Shown: positions 58,389 through 64,000 of the stretch, in pieces | Numbering within the stretch: the stretch's first letter is position 1 | Layout: the number at the start of each line of letters is the position of its first letter | Source: Candidatus Omnitrophota bacterium | GTDB taxonomy: Bacteria; Omnitrophota; Gorgyraeia; Zapsychrales; Fredricksoniimonadaceae | Direction of reading: 5' to 3' | NCBI GenBank assembly: GCA_044225175.1 | Contig: JBGAJA010000003.1 | Span: forward strand, 69,428 to 133,427 | DNA: 64,000 bases | Notes under the pieces: model-generated | Database searches by the model: none | The model's input: the letters and a program-made list of their open reading frames with translations, nothing else | What the model was told of the DNA's origin: nothing | Made by a program: the position numbers and the translations under genes

Positions 58389-58454
58389 TTTTAAGGTTAA
58401 GGATACAGAAATGCGAAGCTATGTGCTATTGACGGAAAATAAATTGGAGATCAA

Positions 58455-58715
58455 ATGAAAGATTTAAAGGAACAATTAAAGGACAAAGAAAAGGAAGACC
58501 AACAATCCGCACAAGTGGTAAAACAAGCGATCAAGGATGATCAGGCATTGGCTCCTGTTGCCAGTGATATTCAAGTAATTGTCGAAGATGGTACTATTAC
58601 ATTAGAGGGTGAAGTTTCTACGAACCAGCAAGTGAATCTTGCCGATAACACAGCAAAAGCTGTTGGTGTCGATGAGCAAGTTAATAACCATTTGAAAATA
58701 AAACATAAGACATGA
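58455..58715 (+). CDS. BON domain protein
   Basis: IQVIVEDGTITLEGEV...VGV..VNNHL. Confidence 0.85.
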   Translation: MKDLKEQLKDKEKEDQQSAQVVKQAIKDDQALAPVASDIQVIVEDGTITLEGEVSTNQQVNLADNTAKAVGVDEQVNNHLKIKHKT

Positions 58716-58727
58716 GGTTTATTTGCA

Positions 58728-58994
58728 ATGATACAAGAATTGCCTATCAAACACCTCTCACTTGGAGTGTTTCGATTCAAAAGATATTTCGAGTCTCGGA
58801 ATAATAAAATTCGTATATTTGGCTTGTGTGAAGTAACAGGAAAGAACTTTGAAATGAATGTATCTGTAGAAGGTTTTTTTGTTTACTTACAAGGATTTAA
58901 AGATATTTCTGAAGCATTAAAATCCAATTCACAGGAAGAGCGTGATTTCGTTTTATCAGGAATATCCCCTGAGGGCCGCAAAACCCTTTCTTAA
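58728..58994 (+). CDS. hypothetical protein
   Basis: GAGG RBS; 88-aa ORF. Confidence 0.55.
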   Translation: MIQELPIKHLSLGVFRFKRYFESRNNKIRIFGLCEVTGKNFEMNVSVEGFFVYLQGFKDISEALKSNSQEERDFVLSGISPEGRKTLS

Positions 58995-59143
58995 GCTCAC
59001 CTAATAACTACTCCATCCATGTATTAACTAGTTCTTGATTTCCATTGAAACTTTTATGGGAACAGTATTGTCTAAATCAGTGAAGGACACACAGACTAGT
59101 ATTAAACAAACCTATTTAAGGGATAAAATTGAAGGAGATGGAT

Positions 59144-59815
59144 ATGCGACACGTGAGAAAAGTTTCAATTATTATTTTGGGACTGATGTTAGTTCTTCAG
59201 CCAAGACTATCTTATGCAGACTGGGCAGTAGGATTTGGTTTTGGAGGAGGTCATCATGATCGTCACGAGAGGCATCATCACTATCGTTATCATGATCATC
59301 CTCGCTTTGGTGTTCATGTCAACTATCTGCCTACAGGATATTTTACTATTCATTCGAGGGGTGGAAGATATTACTACTATGATGGTGTCTACTACAACAT
59401 GGTTGGTCGAGAATATGTCATCATCGCTCCTCCGGTTGGGGCCGTTGTGAATATGATTCCTCCTGATTATCGTGCGGTTAATATCAATGGGGTCACATAC
59501 TATACGGATAATGGAACATATTATGTTTATACTCTTAAGGGATTCCAAGTAGTTCCACCTCCGGTCATAGTTCAACCGACCCAAGTCCTTGTGACGCAGT
59601 CTGCACCTACTGTTGTAAGTGTGCCTACTACAGAGGTTACAACTCAGGTAAACGTCACAACAGATGACTCGTATAGTATTAATGTGCCTAATTCTAAAGG
59701 AGGATACAGTCCCGTTCTTATTAAAAGATCCGGAAATGGATTTATAGGTCCGCAAGGCGAGTTTTATGCAGAATTCCCTAAAGTATCGCAATTACAAGCC
59801 ATGTACGGAAAATAA
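59144..59815 (+). CDS. exported His/Tyr-rich protein (DUF6515-like)
   Basis: Signal peptide, His-rich run, YYYYDGVYY, APPVGAVV, GPQGEFYAEFP. Confidence 0.7.
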   Translation: MRHVRKVSIIILGLMLVLQPRLSYADWAVGFGFGGGHHDRHERHHHYRYHDHPRFGVHVNYLPTGYFTIHSRGGRYYYYDGVYYNMVGREYVIIAPPVGAVVNMIPPDYRAVNINGVTYYTDNGTYYVYTLKGFQVVPPPVIVQPTQVLVTQSAPTVVSVPTTEVTTQVNVTTDDSYSINVPNSKGGYSPVLIKRSGNGFIGPQGEFYAEFPKVSQLQAMYGK

Positions 59816-59834
59816 GACCATTACCTCTCACCTT

Positions 59835-59875
59835 AACCCCTTGGAATTTATAGTGTTGCGAGGGGTTCTTTATTT
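59835..59875 (+). terminator. intrinsic terminator
   Basis: AACCCCTT...GAGGGGTT plus a T-rich tail. Confidence 0.55.
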
Positions 59876-59934
59876 CTTCCTGTAGGTTGGGGCTCCAAGT
59901 GGTTATATCTATATATATCGTGTAAACTTCCTAC

Positions 59935-62900
59935 ATGCCTTGGAATTTCGATATAAGAAAAGGAATATCTATTGGGATAGTGATGGCTTTTTTGGCTAAC
60001 ACTATGGCAGTTCCTCCGTCATATGCGCAAAGTAGAATTAATCTTCCTGCCCCCCAGCAGATGCTTTCTCCTAGTGTAAAATTTTCTCCTGCGATTCTGA
60101 CCGGTATGACCATTCATCCTGAAAATCCGCTTCAATTCGATTTTATTATTGATAGCGGAGATGATCATCTTAAAGATGAGACATTTAAAAGGGAATCTCA
60201 AAAACTGATCAATTATTTTATGGCGGCATTAACTGTCCCTGAAGATGAAATGTGGGTCAATCTTTCGCCCTATGAAAAAAACCGTATTATTGCAGATGGC
60301 TTAGGCAATACAGAGATGGGCCGGGACATGCTGGCCCAAGATTATCTCTTAAAACAATTGACTGCCTCGCTTCTGTATCCAGAAAAAGGTGTTGGAAAAG
60401 AGTTCTGGCAAAGAATTTATTCGGCAGCAAAAGAAAAGTTTGGCACTACTGATATTCCCACTCATCTATTTAATAAAGTCTGGATCATCCCTCAAGAAGC
60501 AGATATTTATGTGAATGCCAACAATGTCTTTGTCACCAAAAGCCATTTAAAAGTCATGTTAGAAGAAGATTATTTAGCAATGGATAAAAACATAGCGCTA
60601 ACCAGGGGACATGTTCATAACAAAACCAACAAGAACGTGTCCCCAAGCAGGTTGCCAAATGATGCAGTGTTGAATACGAAAGCACCCCAGGGAAACACCC
60701 TTAACGCTTTAAGCTCCCACATCATCCGCCAAATCATCCTTCCTGAAATTGAAAAAGAAGTTAATGAAGGTAAGAATTTTGCCAATCTCCGTCAAATTTA
60801 TCACTCGATGATTTTAGCGACCTGGTACAAATCGAAATTGAAGAACAGTCTGCTTTCAACCATTTATCTTGATAAGAATAAAACCAAAGGCATAGAACTT
60901 GAGGACAAGGCAGTTAAAGAGAAAATTTATGCCCAGTATTTAAAATCATTTAAGAAAGGTGTTTATAACTACATTAAAGAAGATTACGACTTTCAATCTC
61001 AAAAGATTGTGCCAAGGAAATATTTTTTGGGAGGATTAAAGTTTGAGGGTATTAGCCAGGCCATGTTAACGAAAGGAACACAGCCTTCACAGGAATGGAT
61101 TAAGGAACAAAGAAATCCAAAGAATATTGTTCGTGTGAATGCAGCGATGTTAGTCAATAATCCAAGTAAGGCTCTACGACAAATGGAAGAGGATAATAAA
61201 AAATTGATTGTATATCTGGCTTGGCAGAAACTGTATGCCCAGGTCAAGGAAGGAGATAGAACTGCTATTCTTAAGTTAAAAGTCCTTGTAAAGAACAGGC
61301 CTGGTTTCTTTAATTCCAGCCTCTTAGAGGACCTATTTAATGTCTCTGACAAGCCCGATTCATACGCATATGAGGCAATAGCTGAATTTGTTTCCCAAAG
61401 ACCAGATCTAATCAATGAACAATTTGTTACCAAGCTTTTGGATCGTTTAATTCACCATCCAGATAAATATAAAGACATAGCAAAAATCTTCGGATATGTG
61501 GCAAAAAGCAAGCCTCAACTCATCACGACCCATGTTGTTCAAACAATTCTCCAGTTTCAAAATACTTCGGATAGAGAGAAGTCTTTTGATTTTGATGTTA
61601 GAGGTAAACTTCTGGTTGAAATCATTAAAGCAAATCATAGCTTTGCTGACCAGATTGTCGCAAAACTTATGAACGAGCTGAAGGCAAAATCTATTCCGTT
61701 AAGACCTCGAGCATTATATGCCGCAGAGATCTTGGAAGAAATTCATGGCATAGTCCCAGGATCCACCAATATAAATGCCATATCATCTCAATTGGAACGC
61801 TTAAGTGTAGATCAAGATACTACACCGCTTTATTTAAGGATTGCTGCCAAGGTTAATCCTGTGTTAATCGAAAAAGATGATGTGCATGATTTGCTTTCTA
61901 AGATCACATCAGAAGGATCGACAGAGCATAAGATTGAGGTCTGGCAGGCAATTGGTGCTTTAGTAGAGACAAGACCGGATTTAATCAGCCAAGAGTTCGC
62001 TCAGGAAATTATTGTAAAATCCAGCTGGTTTATTGAAGAAGCTCAGCAAGAAATCATGATCAACGTTTTGTATGCAATAGCCAAGATCAGTCCTGAATTT
62101 CATGCTTTCATTGTATCAAAACTTTGGGAGGAATTGATTGGTGCAAAAGATTTTGTAAGTATTGGTGTTGCTCCCATTTTAAAAAAGCTTATCTTACAAG
62201 ATAAAGTGATTGGAAAAGAGGTGCTTGGCAAAATTCTTTTTGAATTAAAGGGAGGTTATAGTGAGAATTATACAATCGGTTCTTCTTCAATGTCCTTACT
62301 TAAGTCTATTTCACAAATTATGCCTGAGGAATTCAATGATGATGTGATGGAGCAAGTATTTGCTTACAAGAAATCTGCATTCTTTAATCATATTGAGAAA
62401 GAATTAACTGAAATTATTTACAATATTTCAAAAATTAATCGATTAAGAGCAAAGAGACTTATGGCACGGGCGATCAAGAAAGAAGATGGATTGGGGAGGT
62501 TTTTTGCTGACAATAATGATGATTTTTATATGGAATCTGGAGCTGTTCCGTTTGTATTAAAGGTCAGCCCTGAATTATTGACAGAGCAGATGGCCAATCG
62601 CCTAATGCAGGAGCTATTGACTTCTGAGGAGCATAGGTACCAATATATTGACACAGAGGAAGATCTCCTGGAGATATATAAACTTAGGCCGGATCTGATT
62701 AGCTCAAAATTTCTATTTGAATACTGCTTAAAAAAAGAGCGGGATCTGAATGTCTTAGTAGGTATTTTACAAGTAGATGGAATTGCATCAGAAGTAGTCG
62801 ATTCTTACCGTATGGACTTGATGTACCGCTGGAATATCTCGTCTTTAAGAAGGGAGGAAATGGATAATGCATTGTTTATTTACAGTTTTTTGATAACCCA

Positions 62901-64000
62901 AGGGGAAAACGCTGATTTTATTGGGAAGTTTGCCTATCAGGATGATAAACAGTTCGAGACTCTATTAAATTCCGTTTTGAGCTATATTAAGGCCGGAGAA
63001 TATGAAAAGCTTATTACATTGTTGCAAAGTTATTCCGACCTCAAAAGAACAAACAAAGCCCTCTCAGATACACAGCTTCTTTCAATTCATGGATTAGAAC
63101 TTTATCAACCTACACGCAGTTGGGACAATTTGGAGGAATGGGTCAACGCATTGACTCTATTACCTCATTTAAGCGATAAAATTGTCTCACACATTATTGT
63201 GACGATGGATTTGTTAAAACAAGGTGTGGGAGAGCAGGTTGGATTCAGGTCCCGAGATTCCGTTGAAAATAGGCTGCCACGAATTCGAAGATCTCTTGTG
63301 CAAGCCCTCAAAGTTGTTCCAAGTGTAACCGATAAGAAAAGATTAACGAAAGTTTTGTCCCTAGGTACATCGGGAGATGTAGATGCCTTACGCAAACAAG
63401 CCATCGTGATGGTTCAGGCTACAACAGGAGGAAGAGACTCTAGAGAAGGGATTGTTGGACGTATCCGTGATAGGATCCATAATCAACAAAGTCCCCAGGA
63501 TTTGCATGTTGTGAAAGCTTATCGGGATTTTGTTGCAAATGGAAATGAGCAAGGTCTTCGGTTCTATGAATATGAACCAACGGAGACAGACATTGTCAAT
63601 AAAACAAGAAAGAATGATGTTCTAAAGGCCATAGATCAATTGATAGTTACACTCGAGTTTATCTATGGAGATCAAAATCTAACCAGCATGAATGACTTTC
63701 TGGACAAATTAAATTTACGTAATCAAGAACAGTTGCCGAATAAAGTAAGGGATTTCATTGTTTCTAAGAATTTGGATCAGATGTCCAGACTCGAGGAACT
63801 TGTTGTAATCCGAAAGAATCTGCACGAATTTATCCTGCAGGCTGAAGGAGAGGATTTATTGTCAGCCATTCAATTGGATAACCGTTTGGAACTTCTTTAT
63901 TATAAGTTTTTTAACGAGGCGAAAGAAAACATTGATGTTGGAGATTTGTTTCAGGCCATGCAGTTTTTGAGGAATATTTTAAAAAATGTCGCGTTAAGCG
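59935..64000 (+). CDS. giant secreted protein (3' end outside window) with HEAT-like repeats and a glucan-water-dikinase-like segment
   Basis: Not in the ORF track because it runs off the edge; >1350 codons. Signal peptide ...PPSYAQ, then GMTIHPENPLQFDFIIDSG, YFMAALTVPEDEMWVNLSPYE, GRDMLAQDYLLKQLTASL, EVNEGKNFANLRQIYHS. Confidence 0.85.
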   Translation, partial: MPWNFDIRKGISIGIVMAFLANTMAVPPSYAQSRINLPAPQQMLSPSVKFSPAILTGMTIHPENPLQFDFIIDSGDDHLKDETFKRESQKLINYFMAALTVPEDEMWVNLSPYEKNRIIADGLGNTEMGRDMLAQDYLLKQLTASLLYPEKGVGKEFWQRIYSAAKEKFGTTDIPTHLFNKVWIIPQEADIYVNANNVFVTKSHLKVMLEEDYLAMDKNIALTRGHVHNKTNKNVSPSRLPNDAVLNTKAPQGNTLNALSSHIIRQIILPEIEKEVNEGKNFANLRQIYHSMILATWYKSKLKNSLLSTIYLDKNKTKGIELEDKAVKEKIYAQYLKSFKKGVYNYIKEDYDFQSQKIVPRKYFLGGLKFEGISQAMLTKGTQPSQEWIKEQRNPKNIVRVNAAMLVNNPSKALRQMEEDNKKLIVYLAWQKLYAQVKEGDRTAILKLKVLVKNRPGFFNSSLLEDLFNVSDKPDSYAYEAIAEFVSQRPDLINEQFVTKLLDRLIHHPDKYKDIAKIFGYVAKSKPQLITTHVVQTILQFQNTSDREKSFDFDVRGKLLVEIIKANHSFADQIVAKLMNELKAKSIPLRPRALYAAEILEEIHGIVPGSTNINAISSQLERLSVDQDTTPLYLRIAAKVNPVLIEKDDVHDLLSKITSEGSTEHKIEVWQAIGALVETRPDLISQEFAQEIIVKSSWFIEEAQQEIMINVLYAIAKISPEFHAFIVSKLWEELIGAKDFVSIGVAPILKKLILQDKVIGKEVLGKILFELKGGYSENYTIGSSSMSLLKSISQIMPEEFNDDVMEQVFAYKKSAFFNHIEKELTEIIYNISKINRLRAKRLMARAIKKEDGLGRFFADNNDDFYMESGAVPFVLKVSPELLTEQMANRLMQELLTSEEHRYQYIDTEEDLLEIYKLRPDLISSKFLFEYCLKKERDLNVLVGILQVDGIASEVVDSYRMDLMYRWNISSLRREEMDNALFIYSFLITQGENADFIGKFAYQDDKQFETLLNSVLSYIKAGEYEKLITLLQSYSDLKRTNKALSDTQLLSIHGLELYQPTRSWDNLEEWVNALTLLPHLSDKIVSHIIVTMDLLKQGVGEQVGFRSRDSVENRLPRIRRSLVQALKVVPSVTDKKRLTKVLSLGTSGDVDALRKQAIVMVQATTGGRDSREGIVGRIRDRIHNQQSPQDLHVVKAYRDFVANGNEQGLRFYEYEPTETDIVNKTRKNDVLKAIDQLIVTLEFIYGDQNLTSMNDFLDKLNLRNQEQLPNKVRDFIVSKNLDQMSRLEELVVIRKNLHEFILQAEGEDLLSAIQLDNRLELLYYKFFNEAKENIDVGDLFQAMQFLRNILKNVALS

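Noticed and set aside
59931-63404. Minus-strand ORFs in the last 4 kb
   Set aside because: Antisense shadows of the giant plus-strand ORF.

Overview
AT-rich bacterial chromosome segment, probably Candidatus Omnitrophota (inferred from the N-terminus of the giant secreted protein at the right edge; not verified). Positions 1-9 kb are housekeeping: an AsmA-like gene, tRNA-Pro, a TMTC-like glycosyltransferase, ptsP, tRNA-Arg and tRNA-His. A ~13 kb integrative element sits at the 3' end of tRNA-His. It carries a large serine recombinase, a MerR-like excisionase, a TOPRIM/SF3 primase-helicase, lipoproteins and defence-like cargo. The recombinase ORF ends inside the tRNA (WGG*). Four downstream att-like sites (plus two weak ones) share the core ACCCCA, separate small cargo cassettes, and each encodes, in the recombinase frame, a different short C-terminal tail (e.g. 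WGRWRDVIRT..., WGHLRDEFCNYF...). This is the strongest candidate for an undescribed system. Further on are a c-di-GMP-I riboswitch with a 41-nt double-hairpin insertion before minor pilins, a ppc with an apparent ATT start, a His-rich RAPP leader peptide before metal-uptake genes, and a dense signalling/stress cluster. The window ends in a giant secreted protein with HEAT-like repeats and a glucan-water-dikinase-like segment. All family assignments are by-eye motif recognition; no database searches were run.
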